The position numbers and the translations under genes are program-made. From Terriglobia bacterium (lineage in GTDB: Bacteria > Acidobacteriota > Terriglobia > 20CM-2-55-15), in contig CBDCLE010000017.1 in the NCBI GenBank assembly GCA_965218585.1, positions 64,001 through 128,000 of the forward strand: DNA of 64,000 nucleotides, in the 5' to 3' direction. This document shows positions 41,228-52,119 of this stretch, in pieces (within the stretch, counting starts at the first letter, position 1; each line of letters starts with the position of its first letter). A model generated the notes under the pieces. It was not told the DNA's origin and ran no database searches. It saw only the letters and a list, made by a program, of their open reading frames with translations.

Positions 41228-42148
41228 ATGAACCGGTCGATACCCACGAGCACCTTCGGAGCCAGGGCTAGGGCTCAAGATGTTGTCGGCGGGATGAATC
41301 TCGACGGGCAGGTTGCCCTCGTCACCGGTTGCAATTCGGGCATCGGGCTGGAAACCATGCGCGCACTGGTGGCATCCGGAGCACACGTCATCGGGACCGG
41401 CCGGTCCATAGAAAAAGCCACAACCGCCTGTGCGAACGTCGGCGGAAGGACAACGCCCATCGAACTGGACTTGTCGGACTTCGAGTCGGTGGCGCGCGGA
41501 GCCGAGCAGGTAACAGCCATGAATCTGCCGATCGATATGTTGATCTGCAATGCCGGAATCATTGGTCCGGGGCGTCTGGAAATGATCAACGGAATCGAAA
41601 AAACCTTTTCAGTGAATCACCTGGGACACTTTGTTCTGGTACACCGGCTGCTCTCCTCCGTCTCCGCAGCCAAGGCGGGTCGGATTGTTCACGTCAGCAG
41701 CATGGCAGCCCTTCGCGGTGCACGAGACGGCATCAACTTCGACAATCTGCGCGGCAAGGGTCAATACAGTGTGTTTGGGGCTTATGGAGTTTCCAAACTT
41801 GCTAACGCGCTTTTTTCCAGGCAACTCGCGAAACGACTCCAGGACAGCAACGTGGCATCGAACGCCTTGCATCCGGGTTTCGTGAGAACCAACCTGGGCA
41901 GAGAGGTCCCCGTTGTCATGCGATTTGTGTTCAAAGCCATGGCGCGGCTGCTAGCTAAGAACACGGAGCAGGGAGCCGCCACGACCTGCTACGTCGCGGC
42001 CAGTCCGTTGCTCGACGGGGTCAGCGGCGAATTCTTTTCGGACTGCAATCCTCTGGTGACCAAGAACAAATATCATATTGAGAACGACGACATGGCGGAA
42101 GAGCTATGGAAGGTGTCGGAGGAAATGACAGCGGATTACCTGACTTAG
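41228..42148 (+). CDS. SDR oxidoreductase (retinol dehydrogenase/WWOX-like)
   Basis: TGCNSGIG, CNAG, VNHLGHF, YGVSK and LHPG. Confidence 0.9.
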   Translation: MNRSIPTSTFGARARAQDVVGGMNLDGQVALVTGCNSGIGLETMRALVASGAHVIGTGRSIEKATTACANVGGRTTPIELDLSDFESVARGAEQVTAMNLPIDMLICNAGIIGPGRLEMINGIEKTFSVNHLGHFVLVHRLLSSVSAAKAGRIVHVSSMAALRGARDGINFDNLRGKGQYSVFGAYGVSKLANALFSRQLAKRLQDSNVASNALHPGFVRTNLGREVPVVMRFVFKAMARLLAKNTEQGAATTCYVAASPLLDGVSGEFFSDCNPLVTKNKYHIENDDMAEELWKVSEEMTADYLT

Positions 42149-42177
42149 CAGCCGCGGAACGCAAGCCGGAACTGAAC

Positions 42178-43566
42178 TCACCCGGGCTCCTCGACTTCGT
42201 ATTTCGCCGTAATCCAGGCGCCGGTTCCGCCCACCACGTTGTACACCTCACCGAAGCCTTCCCTTTCAAAAATGCTGGTCGCTGCACTCGAGCGATAGCC
42301 ACTACCGCAAATAGCAACGATCGGAATCGAAGCATCGATTTCAGAAAGCATTCGATCCAGGTCAGCCAACTGCAGGTTGACAGCACCCGGAACGTGACCG
42401 GCCGCGTACTCTGACGGACGGCGAACGTCGATAACCTGGAGCTGTCTGTCTTCATCACGACGTGTCTTGAGTTCGTCAACGGGCATCTGTGGTGTCTGGG
42501 CGAGGTCAAAACCCGCCTTGTCCCATGCATAGATACCACCGGCAAGAAAGCCTTCCACCGACTCCAGCCCCACCCGCGCCAGCCGCAAGACTGCTTCCTC
42601 TACACCACCTTCATCTTCTGCAACAACCACGATGCCGGTCGCTGCCGGGATCAAGCTACCCGCCCACGAAGCAAACTGTCCGCCCAGCCCGATGTTAATC
42701 GAACCCGGAACGTGACCGGTGCCGAACGCTGACGCGTTCCGAACATCCAGCACGATGCGTCCCTCGGTCTGAAGACGCTGGGTATCTTCGGCAGAAAGAG
42801 GTACCACTTCGCTCAACTCTTCGAGTCGAGATGCCCCGGTCCGGTTGATCTCCGCATCTCTGGAAAAGTAGGCCGGAACCTCGGGAAGATCCGTCGTCAT
42901 CATCTTCACAAATTCTTCTCTCGGCATCGGATTCAGCGCGTAGTTGAACTTCCGTTGCTCTCCGATGGTCGACATGGTTTCGCGTGACATGTTCCGGCCA
43001 CAGAGAGAGCCGGCGCCATGTGCCGGATAGACTTCTACTTCGTCCGGCAATTTCAGAAGCTTTTCATGCACGCTGTCGTAGAGCATCCCGGCCATCTCCT
43101 CTGCAGAAAAACCTTTGGAGCCGACGAGATCGGGGCGGCCAACGTCGCCGATGAATAACGTGTCGCCGGTGAACAGACGCCGCGTTTCTTCACTTCGGGC
43201 AGTGTTCACAGCCAGAATCGAAATGCCTTCGGGTGTGTGTCCGGGCGTTTCCATCATGCGCAGGACGACACTGCCAACCCTGAGTTCGTCGCCGTCCTTG
43301 ACGCCCAGACAGGAAAACGCGGCCCGCGCCTTTTCGCCGAAGACAATCTCGGCTCCGGTTCGGTCGGCCAGCTCGCGGTGACCGCTGACAAAATCTGAAT
43401 GCAGGTGCGTTTCGATGACGTACTTGATCTCGAGACCATGAGCCGTAGCTTCATCGACATACTGATCGACGTCCCGTTGCGGGTCGATGACTACAGCCTC
43501 TCGGTCAGAACCGATCAAATACGAAGCGTGTGCAAGACAACGCAGGTAGAACTGCTTGAAAATCAT
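42178..43566 (-). CDS. MBL-fold hydrolase/persulfide dioxygenase fused to two rhodanese domains
   Basis: THLHSDF, TPGHT, FTGDTLF, PAHGAGSLCG and rhodanese ICGSGYRS. Confidence 0.9.
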   Translation of the reverse strand: MIFKQFYLRCLAHASYLIGSDREAVVIDPQRDVDQYVDEATAHGLEIKYVIETHLHSDFVSGHRELADRTGAEIVFGEKARAAFSCLGVKDGDELRVGSVVLRMMETPGHTPEGISILAVNTARSEETRRLFTGDTLFIGDVGRPDLVGSKGFSAEEMAGMLYDSVHEKLLKLPDEVEVYPAHGAGSLCGRNMSRETMSTIGEQRKFNYALNPMPREEFVKMMTTDLPEVPAYFSRDAEINRTGASRLEELSEVVPLSAEDTQRLQTEGRIVLDVRNASAFGTGHVPGSINIGLGGQFASWAGSLIPAATGIVVVAEDEGGVEEAVLRLARVGLESVEGFLAGGIYAWDKAGFDLAQTPQMPVDELKTRRDEDRQLQVIDVRRPSEYAAGHVPGAVNLQLADLDRMLSEIDASIPIVAICGSGYRSSAATSIFEREGFGEVYNVVGGTGAWITAKYEVEEPG

Positions 43567-43695
43567 CCGGATCTCCTTCGAGTACCGATTCTCGTCATCG
43601 CTGGTCGGAAGCGCAAGCCGGATTTCATCTTTCTTTTCTCTTCAGATACAGTCTACTTATTGGCCGTATTCTTAGTCAGGATTGGGAACAAAACG

Positions 43696-45747
43696 ATGAG
43701 TACAGCTGAATCGAATGCACTCCTAGAAGAATGGACCGGTCCGAGTGGCGGAGTGCCCCCGTTCGATCGCATGAAACTCGAAGACCTGAAACCGGCCCTC
43801 GAGCGCGCGATGGCCCGGAGTCTGGACGAGATTGATGCCATTGGGAGCAATCCCGACCCGCCCACCTTTGAAAACACCATCGTTGCCCTGGAAAAATCCG
43901 GACGCCTATTGGATCGCGTCTACCCGTTTTTCGGCATCTGGAGTTCGAATCTGTCGACATCCACGTTCCGTGAGATCGAGCAGGAGATGGCGCCACGACT
44001 TGCGGAATTCGACTCGAAAATCAAGCAGAACGCCCAACTCTTCGCCAGGGTCAAGGCCGTCTATGAAGGAAACGAGAAGGATCGATTGACTCGGGAAGCG
44101 CAGAGGCTCGTCTGGCTTATCTACGACGACTTTGCGCGAAACGGGGCAACACTCGAAGGCGCTGCCAGAGAGCGCCACTCCGTCATCAATCAACGCCTCG
44201 CCGGGCTATACACGCGGTTTTCGAGCAACGTACTCGCAGACGAGGAAAACCATGTCCACTACCTGACTAAAGAGCAACTCGGCGGATTGCCCGAGTCATT
44301 CGTTGAATCCGCCGCGGCGGCGGCGACCGAACGCGGTCGCGACACCGAGTACGCCATCACCAACACGCGGTCGTCGGTGGATCCGTTCCTCACCTTCTCC
44401 ACCCGGCGTGATCTGCGCGAACTCGTGTGGCGAACCTTTTGCAGTCGCGGCAACAACGACGATCGGCATGACAACAACGCGATCATCACAGAAATACTCA
44501 AACTTCGGCATGAACGTGCACAACTCCTGGGCTATCCGAACTACGCAACGTGGCGCCTGGAAAACCGAATGGCCCAGACCCCGGATCGTGCCCTCGAACT
44601 GATGGAAGCCGTGTGGCCTGCCGCCCTGGCGCGGGTTTCCGAGGAAGTTGCCGATATGCAGGAACTGGCGAGTTCCGAAGGCACGGACATCAGGATCGCT
44701 CCGTGGGACTACCGCTACTATGCGGAAAAGGTACGTGAGTCGCGATACTCGCTGGACTCAGATCGTGTACGCCAATACCTGGAACTCGACAAGCTCCGAG
44801 AGGCGATGTTCTTCGTCGCGGAAGAACTGTTCGGCTACAGATTCACACCCGTTCTCGACGGATCAGTGCCGATTTTCCACGATGACGTGCGCGTGTGGGA
44901 AGTCGCCGACAAAGATTCGCGGCACAAGATCGGCGTCTGGTACCTCGACCCGTACGCTCGCCCGGGGAAACAGTCCGGGGCCTGGGCCACAACGTATCGC
45001 AGCCACCAGAATATCGAAGGCGAATGGACGGTTCTCGGGTCGAACAATTCCAACTTCATCAAGGGCCGCGAAGGCGAGCCTGTCCTGGTTTCCTGGGATG
45101 ACGCACGGACGCTCTTCCACGAATTCGGACACGCGTTGCACTACTTTTCCTCCGAGGTCGAGTATCCCGGCTTGAACGGGGCGCTCCGCGACTACGTTGA
45201 GTTCCAGTCCCAGCTGATGGAACACTGGCTTCTAACCGACGCGGTCATCGACAACTATCTCGTGCACCATGAAACCGGCGCGCCGATGCCCCGGGATCTC
45301 GTAGCCAAGATCCGAAATGCCGCCACTTTCAATCAGGGTTTCGCGACAACGGAGTATCTGGCCTGTGCCCTGGTAGACATCCGCTACCACACGGTCGATC
45401 CGGCCGGTATCGATCCCCAGAAGTTCGAACGCGAGGTACTGACCGAGTTGAACATGCCCGATGAAGTTGCGATGCGCCATAGCAGCACCCAGTTTGCTCA
45501 CGTTTTCTCGGGAGAAGCTTACGCAGCCGGATACTACAGCTACATCTGGGCCGACGTCCTGACAGCGGATGCTGCCGAAGCGTTCGCCCAGGCTCCGGAT
45601 GGCTTTTATGACAAGGATCTGGCCCGCAAGCTCGTCGACAGTCTTTTTACGCCGCAGAACTCCCTGGACCCGGCAGAAGCCTATCGGATATTTCGGGGCA
45701 GAGATGCCCGAATAGAGGCGCTCATGCGGGACAGGGGTTTCCTGTAA
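43696..45747 (+). CDS. dcp: M3 family metallopeptidase (peptidyl-dipeptidase Dcp-like)
   Basis: KQSGAW, FHEFGHALH, DYVEFQSQLMEHW and YAAGYYSYIW. Confidence 0.88.
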   Translation: MSTAESNALLEEWTGPSGGVPPFDRMKLEDLKPALERAMARSLDEIDAIGSNPDPPTFENTIVALEKSGRLLDRVYPFFGIWSSNLSTSTFREIEQEMAPRLAEFDSKIKQNAQLFARVKAVYEGNEKDRLTREAQRLVWLIYDDFARNGATLEGAARERHSVINQRLAGLYTRFSSNVLADEENHVHYLTKEQLGGLPESFVESAAAAATERGRDTEYAITNTRSSVDPFLTFSTRRDLRELVWRTFCSRGNNDDRHDNNAIITEILKLRHERAQLLGYPNYATWRLENRMAQTPDRALELMEAVWPAALARVSEEVADMQELASSEGTDIRIAPWDYRYYAEKVRESRYSLDSDRVRQYLELDKLREAMFFVAEELFGYRFTPVLDGSVPIFHDDVRVWEVADKDSRHKIGVWYLDPYARPGKQSGAWATTYRSHQNIEGEWTVLGSNNSNFIKGREGEPVLVSWDDARTLFHEFGHALHYFSSEVEYPGLNGALRDYVEFQSQLMEHWLLTDAVIDNYLVHHETGAPMPRDLVAKIRNAATFNQGFATTEYLACALVDIRYHTVDPAGIDPQKFEREVLTELNMPDEVAMRHSSTQFAHVFSGEAYAAGYYSYIWADVLTADAAEAFAQAPDGFYDKDLARKLVDSLFTPQNSLDPAEAYRIFRGRDARIEALMRDRGFL

Positions 45748-45862
45748 CGTAACAGCACCTGTTCCGAGGGCATCTGGGGCACCCGTTGCTTCAGTTCTCG
45801 TGCCCGCCTTTTGGTGGTTCAGCTACGGCCGATTTCATCCACTACGCCACCCATCGGCGCAA

Positions 45863-46540
45863 TCAGTCGGCCGCGAAGCAGTACAACAAGCCGGCGCCTC
45901 CAGTACTAATGAGATTTTCCTGTGTGCAACCCGGGGTCGGGTGCGAGGAGTTCCAGGGAGAACCCGGCGTGGTGAAGGAGTAGCGGTCGGCGTGTCCTAC
46001 CATTGCGCTTCCCTCGCCGTTGCTAGTCCAGTTACTGCATGTGCGGTCTTCGCCCGACGGAAACGCCGTGCCGTCAACGCGTGAGCCGGTGAGGACATCG
46101 TGTTCCGAAAAGTCGGGATCGCCATCTATGCGTGAGGCGAATTGGTTGCCGTTCTCGTCCAGCGCGTGTTCCCAATTGATATTCGAGTTGTCGAAATGCA
46201 AGTTTTCCACGCTGGAGGCAATGACGAGGCCTTCTGAATTGGCCCATGGTCCCGTACCTATGCGGTCGCGCGCATTGACCACTGCGTCCCCTTGAGTGCT
46301 CAAGTAGGCGCGCCACGTGCGGTTACCGGCGCCTGCCGCCGCAGCCAGCGACTGGCAATGTGCATCCGCGCCTTCCAGACCGCCCAGGTTGCCACCATCG
46401 CCAATGCCAACGCTGGTGACAAAGAAGCCAAGCTCGGGCGGCTGGCCGTCGTTCTGCGGCTGTGCTGCAATCGAATTTCCAGACAATGCCAGCATCCCCA
46501 TGGTGACAGTAACCACTATCAAGGCTCGTTTGCTATTCAT
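45863..46540 (-). CDS. Secreted endostatin/C-type-lectin-like protein
   Basis: Signal peptide, GNLGGLEGADAHCQSLA, WRAYLS, ARDRIG, HDVLTGS and GLLYCFA. Confidence 0.8.
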   Translation of the reverse strand: MNSKRALIVVTVTMGMLALSGNSIAAQPQNDGQPPELGFFVTSVGIGDGGNLGGLEGADAHCQSLAAAAGAGNRTWRAYLSTQGDAVVNARDRIGTGPWANSEGLVIASSVENLHFDNSNINWEHALDENGNQFASRIDGDPDFSEHDVLTGSRVDGTAFPSGEDRTCSNWTSNGEGSAMVGHADRYSFTTPGSPWNSSHPTPGCTQENLISTGGAGLLYCFAAD

Positions 46541-46594
46541 GCTTGTGTTCTCCCTAAGTTTATTTCAGCTGACTTTCTGGCCGCATAATTGTGG

Positions 46595-48975
46595 CTAATC
46601 CTGTCCCAACTCCTTTGGCTGTGCGTCCTTCACGAATCGTTCGAACCACAACATCATTTCGTACAACGTGTGTTCGACCGATTCACGCGCCGCGTACCCA
46701 TGGGATTCCAACGGCAGGGTGACGAGCCTCGCGGTCGCACCGTGCCCAGCAAGGGCATGGTACATCCGGTCGGACTGGACGGGGAAGGTCCCCGCGTTGT
46801 TATCCTGCTCCCCGTGTGTCAGTAGGATCGGTTCGTTCACCTTGTCGGCGTGCATAAAAGGTGATACGGCAAAGTAAATTTCGGGTGCTTCCCAGAACGT
46901 GCGCTGTTCGCTCTGGAAACCAAAAGGAGTCAGCGAGCGGTTGTAAGCACCACTGCGTGCGATACCTGCACGAAACAGATCGGAATGCGCGAGCAGATTT
47001 GCCGTCATGAAAGCGCCGTAGCTGTGCCCGGCGACTCCGACACGGTTCCGGTCGGTCACATCCAGCTCAACTGCCCTGTCGATTGCCGCTTCGGCGCTCG
47101 TGACGATCTGTTCCACGAAGGTATCGTTCATCGTCATCGGATCACCAATGACCGGCATCGTGGCATTGTCAAGCAATGCATACCCGTTCAGCACAAAGAA
47201 TAGCTGGGAGGTCCCCCGGATTGTCGTAAACCGCTCGGTCGACCCGCTGACCTGACCCGCTGTTCCCGCGTCGTTGTACTCCCTGGGGTAAGCCGAGACC
47301 ACGGTCGGCAGGCGTGTTCCTTCCTCGTAATCGGGAGGCAGGTATAGCGTAAACGAGAGATCCACTCCATCCTCCCTCTGATACTTGATCAACCGCTTCT
47401 TGATCTGTCGCAGCTCGGGCGTCGGGTCGGTAAAGGCGGTCAACGCCATCGTTCCCCCACCTTCGCCGAACGTCCGAATCAGGTAGTTCGGCGGTTCGGT
47501 GGGTGTTTCCCGTCGTGTTATCCAGCGCGTTCCCCCGCCATCGGCAGGGCTGACGATGATTTCGTAGGTTCCCTTTGCGGCTTGGAACAGCCGCTCGGGT
47601 TCGAGCGTCAGAATGTTGAGACGATCCAGAAACGGATAGTCACCTTCGGGAGAGGAACCGTCGCCTTCGAGGAAGATGTAATCGCCCCTCGTCAGGACGG
47701 CCTGTTGGCCGTTCTCGAGCATCCGGGACATGGGATTTCCAGGATGGTTGTAACGATCCTGGGCGCTCAGGTCCCATACGAGGCGGGGCTCGGAGCCATC
47801 GGCCACCAGAAACGTCCGATTCCAGCGCCGGTCTCTGTCGTACTCAGTAACCAACGCCGCGTCCCCGGTGTCAAGCCACTCGATTCCGCGGTACCGATGT
47901 TCCGTGCGTATCAACTCACCTGGTGTGTCGCCGAATGGTGCGGCGAGAGTGAGAATGCTATCGCGGTGATCGGCTTCGACATTCGGGTCTCCGCCGTCGA
48001 GTGCTTCGACCCAGATGAGCGTGGCGGGCGCGGTCGGTACCCAGACGTAGCTTCGCCGCTCCGTGGTTACACCACCGATCGGAATTTTGTCCTGCAGCGG
48101 CGTGCGTGCGAGCGTGTGTTCGACGCGCGCGCTTCGGTCCCAGACCTCGACACTCTGTGGAAAAGACCGATGCGTATAAAGATAGGAGTACGGCTTCAGG
48201 ACCCGCGACACCAAGAAGTGGTTCCCGTCGGGCGAAATCCTAAGCGTCCGAAACAACGCTGGCTCACCGAAGTCACGGACACGGCCGCTTTCAAAGTCGA
48301 CGAATGCGAGTTGGGCCGTGGCGTAGTAGTCGAACAACTCTGCGTCATGGGCGTCCCCAAGAAGATCCTGATACGTACGGACGGGTCCGGACGGCCCGGA
48401 GGTTTCCTGAACGTTCGGACCAGTCGGTACCCTTGCTTCTTCGGGCCCAGCGCCGCGTTCAGACGGCACACGCTGGATCAGTAGTGTGCTGCTGTCGGGC
48501 ATCCACTGAACCTCGGTTCCGTACGCGGCGTTAATCGCCACTCCGTCGACTTTCCGAACCGTGCCACTTCGATCGCCCACCCACAACTCAATCCCGTCAG
48601 GGAGCGTGTTGGTGAACGCAAACCGATCGCCGTCTCGACCCCGTCGGGTATCGTCGTCAAAGTGTAGCCTGTGTAATAGCGTGGGCGGCTGGGCCCATTG
48701 GTAGCGGGATCGATCCGCAGCCCCGCAAGGCGCAGCATGGGCTGCGCATGGTCCCCAATCGAGGCATAACCCGGCGAATCTGCCAGAATCATGAGATCCT
48801 GCTGAGGGCTGATGCTGACCTGCGGCGTCTCGGGTGCGTTCAGCACATCCATGATCGCTTGAGGTGGTTTCCGATACGGCTCCTGAGCCTCGAGCGTCAC
48901 CGAAAGGGCGGCGACAAACAGGACGGCAAGGAGAATTCCCGCCCCGCGAACGAGCGTCTGTCGATTGATGGTCAT
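46595..48975 (-). pseudogene. Secreted S9 peptidase (glutamyl-endopeptidase-like); out-of-frame deletion ~48632
   Basis: N-part has a signal peptide, YRKPP and LRLAGLRIDP; C-part has GHSYGAFM, HGEQDNN and ESHGY. Confidence 0.88.
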
Positions 48976-49303
48976 GACCGCGATCTCCTCTCGGACGGAT
49001 TCACTGGAGCGTCCGCCTTCTGTCGTAAGCCGGGCTGCGTGCCAGGCATCGTTGTGATTATGTATCCGAGCAGACTATGGAAACATCTGTAAATTCAACT
49101 ACGGGTGGCATTTCAGGTCAACAAAACAGTCACATGGAAATGGTCAACTGCAAGTGTAGGCCACCTATACGTTCAGATGGAATTTCGCGGCATGAGGTCG
49201 TGAACCTAGCATACGGCTCCTACCTCGGATAAAACGGCACACACCACCTAGGGCACGTCCCGCTCGGTCGAGATCGTGTGCCATAAGTGCCCTCTCCTGC
49301 CGG

Positions 49304-49312
49304 TGCTATACT
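49304..49312 (+). promoter_or_regulatory. Putative extended -10 promoter of the Fe-S pair
   Basis: TG-C-TATACT about 29 bp upstream of ATG 49341. Confidence 0.35.
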
Positions 49313-49340
49313 GGGCCGTCAATATTCAGCAGTGTGTCAA

Positions 49341-50192
49341 ATGCAGATCGATCCTAGAAAATGTGTCGCCTGCGCTAACTGTGTGCCGGTCTGCCCGATG
49401 GGTGCCATCCAAGTCGACACGTCGATGCATCGTGCCACCATCGATTACGACGAGTGCGTCGAGTGCGGCACTTGCTTCCGCGGGATGAGCCAGGAACATC
49501 TGAATCCCACCTTTGTGCGTACGGTACGTGGCCTGGCCAAGCTGTTTCGTTTTCGGTTTGAACCAGAGCCCGATGTCTGCCCCACCGGTGCGTTCGTGAT
49601 GGAAGAGTTGGAGTGGCCTCGAATTGCCCGGCGTGTCTTCAGCGATCCCCTCGTCGAGCACAGATCCACAGGGATCACGGGAAGGGGGACCGAAGAAATC
49701 AAAACGAACGACGTGGCCCACCGCGTCGGTATCGGTGACGTTGGATATGTCGTCGAGTTCGGACGCCCTGGAACCGGCGTTCGGTTCCACCAGATTCAGG
49801 CAATGACAATGACTTTGGCCGACCTGGGTGTCAGCTTCGAGCCCAACAACCCGATTACGCACCTGATGAAGGATCAGCATACCGGTGCCCTGAAGGAAGA
49901 TCTGCTCAACGAGAAGATTCTTTCCGCCATCGTTGAGATCAAGACGCCACTGGATCAGGTCAAGCAGGTCCTCGATACCGTCATGGAGGTGTCGCGACGC
50001 ATCGATACGGTTGTGGCCGTGGGCGTATCGACGCGCTGTGATGAAGCCGGCGAAGATTCGCGTCTGGCTCCACTGCTCTCGGAACTGGGATATACGTTCG
50101 AGCGCGCCAAGACGAACATGGGCCTCGGGCGCGTTACGAATGTGCGAAAGATGGGGGAGAGAGGTGACCAACACCTTGCATCGATACGGTAA
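49341..50192 (+). CDS. 2x[4Fe-4S] ferredoxin domain fused to an uncharacterised domain
   Basis: CVACANCVPVCP and CVECGTC...(insert)...VCP, then GRGTEEIKTNDV and EFGRPG. Confidence 0.85.
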   Translation: MQIDPRKCVACANCVPVCPMGAIQVDTSMHRATIDYDECVECGTCFRGMSQEHLNPTFVRTVRGLAKLFRFRFEPEPDVCPTGAFVMEELEWPRIARRVFSDPLVEHRSTGITGRGTEEIKTNDVAHRVGIGDVGYVVEFGRPGTGVRFHQIQAMTMTLADLGVSFEPNNPITHLMKDQHTGALKEDLLNEKILSAIVEIKTPLDQVKQVLDTVMEVSRRIDTVVAVGVSTRCDEAGEDSRLAPLLSELGYTFERAKTNMGLGRVTNVRKMGERGDQHLASIR

Positions 50193-50829
50193 GGCGGAGA
50201 CCTTCCGTGACGACTACATCATTTTCGCCATGCCCTCGAAAGGGAAGAACGACGAAGGAGCCATCGACAAGCTGAGGATGTTTCTGAGGATCTGTGTTCG
50301 CCATCAGCCGTCCAACATCGGTGCATCCGGTCAAAGCGGTTACCGTCCATCCGAGCACCTCAACCCAACCGTCCACTGGAAGAGGGATCTGGCTCCCGAC
50401 TTCGACCGCGTGATCGCCGGCGTCACGAAGGCTGGGACAGCCGGTAGCGTTTTCGACTCCCGGGAGAAGGCCATCGCCTGCCTCCGGGACGTGATTGCGG
50501 CGGACCTCGGACTCTCAGTGAATATCAGCACCTCCGTTGAAGGCGCGAAAGAGGCCGGCCGGGAATGTGGCATCCAACGCCATAGCGTGGAGTACTCTCT
50601 CGGATTTACCGATCCGCACGATCATCTTCCGGGTAGCCGGGTCCTCGAACTGGCGACGATGTGCGGGCACGGTATGGTGTCGTTCCAGATGGTACAGAAG
50701 ATGGTCGAAATGGTGCGCGAAGGCCGTCGGACTCCCCAGCAGGCGGTTACGACGCTGACGCGGTTCTGTCCCTGCGGTGTGTACAATCCGTCGCGCGCGC
50801 GGCGGCTGATCGAAGATGCCGCTTCGTAG
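50164..50829 (+). CDS. Uncharacterised Cys/His-motif protein (probable metal/Fe-S binding)
   Basis: GTG start with a strong SD, overlapping the upstream gene; TNTLHRYG, HSVEYSLG, MCGHGMVS and CPCGVYNP. Confidence 0.8.
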   Translation: MTNTLHRYGKAETFRDDYIIFAMPSKGKNDEGAIDKLRMFLRICVRHQPSNIGASGQSGYRPSEHLNPTVHWKRDLAPDFDRVIAGVTKAGTAGSVFDSREKAIACLRDVIAADLGLSVNISTSVEGAKEAGRECGIQRHSVEYSLGFTDPHDHLPGSRVLELATMCGHGMVSFQMVQKMVEMVREGRRTPQQAVTTLTRFCPCGVYNPSRARRLIEDAAS

Positions 50830-51059
50830 GAGAGCTATACGCCAGGTCGCCCACAGTCGTGCGAGGTGGCTTTCGTAGCTGTGACACCTACTACCCTTAC
50901 GCTCGGACCTCCAGTCCTATCCGGTTCGCAAGGTTCATCGGCGGTGCTCCTTGCGTCACGAAAGTGGCGGGACAGCTCCAAGCTGCTGCAAGAACCGAAG
51001 CGAATTCCACCGAACCCACTCTTCGGCGATCAGAGGGTCGCGGAACCGGCTGACGACCA

Positions 51060-52016
51060 CTAATCCAACTCCCCGTCGAGCTCCCGATACACCTGGCGAA
51101 CCGCATCTGGCATATTCATCGCCGCGCGGAACCAGTACTGGAACTCACCCAGATTCATCAAGAGGAATGCCCGGTCTATGGGAACTCCTTCGGCGTGCAG
51201 GCGACTGGCCTCGGAAACCAGGTTTTCGAGCGCTCGCCGAAAATTTGTCAATTCCTCCCTCATGACCTCCCGACTGTCCACGAAACCATGATCGGACAAG
51301 TACATGTCGGCGTTCATTGCTTCGGCGCGCCGGACGGTCTCGACCCATTCCACCGGGTAGCCAGTCAGGGCACCGCCCACGGACGGGTATATCCGGTTGA
51401 AGAAGGTCTCTCCCATGAACAGGATATTTTCCTCGGGCAAAAACACCATGAGGTCACCACCCGTGTGGGCGCGGCCGAGAAAAAGAATCTCGATTTCGGT
51501 ATCGCCCATGGTCAGCACGCGGCGGTCCGACACGGTTTCCTGAGGAATGGGAACAGCGGGGGCGTATTGCCGCTCGATAACGGCTTTGGAAGTCGGGTGC
51601 GCGATGAACGTCACGTCATCCGGGAATGCGCTGTTGCCACCGATGTGGTCTGAATGATCGGCACAGACCACCACGTAGCGGATCGGTTGGGGCGTGATAC
51701 GGGCAATTTCTTCGATCAGCCGTTCCGTCTTTGCCACCGTGCCCTGACCGTCGGCCACCAACACACCCTCGCTAGTAACTACGATCAAGCTGTTGACCGT
51801 GAACGACATACTTTCGCTCACCGGGCCGTTGATTTCCTCGTATGCGTACACGTTTTCCGCGATCTGCTGAATTCTTGGAAAGTCGCTTTCCCGGAGACCG
51901 CGGACGGCCGCATCGCCTGTCCGCACAACCTGTGCCCGGACAGGGATCGCAGAGAATAAGCCCAACGCCACCCAGATTAGGAGCAGTACTGTCGCCTTCC
52001 AGTGCACTCTTCGCAT
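51060..52016 (-). CDS. Secreted MBL-fold metallo-hydrolase (cyclase-like)
   Basis: Signal peptide, DHSDHIGGN, GRAHTGGD and DHG. Confidence 0.85.
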   Translation of the reverse strand: MRRVHWKATVLLLIWVALGLFSAIPVRAQVVRTGDAAVRGLRESDFPRIQQIAENVYAYEEINGPVSESMSFTVNSLIVVTSEGVLVADGQGTVAKTERLIEEIARITPQPIRYVVVCADHSDHIGGNSAFPDDVTFIAHPTSKAVIERQYAPAVPIPQETVSDRRVLTMGDTEIEILFLGRAHTGGDLMVFLPEENILFMGETFFNRIYPSVGGALTGYPVEWVETVRRAEAMNADMYLSDHGFVDSREVMREELTNFRRALENLVSEASRLHAEGVPIDRAFLLMNLGEFQYWFRAAMNMPDAVRQVYRELDGELD

Positions 52017-52030
52017 GATTACTTCTTCAT

Positions 52031-52095
52031 CTGTAGGTGCGCTCTACGAGCGCACAATCGTTGATACCCTGTGCGGTCGCAGACCGCACTTATAC
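52031..52095. repeat. GTAG-type REP doublet (REPIN-like)
   Basis: CTGTAG-GTGCGCTC-TAC-GAGCGCAC and inverted GTGCGGTC-GCA-GACCGCAC-TTATAC. Confidence 0.75.
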
Positions 52096-52119
52096 CGCTC
52101 AACTGTGTTCGCAGTGGTC

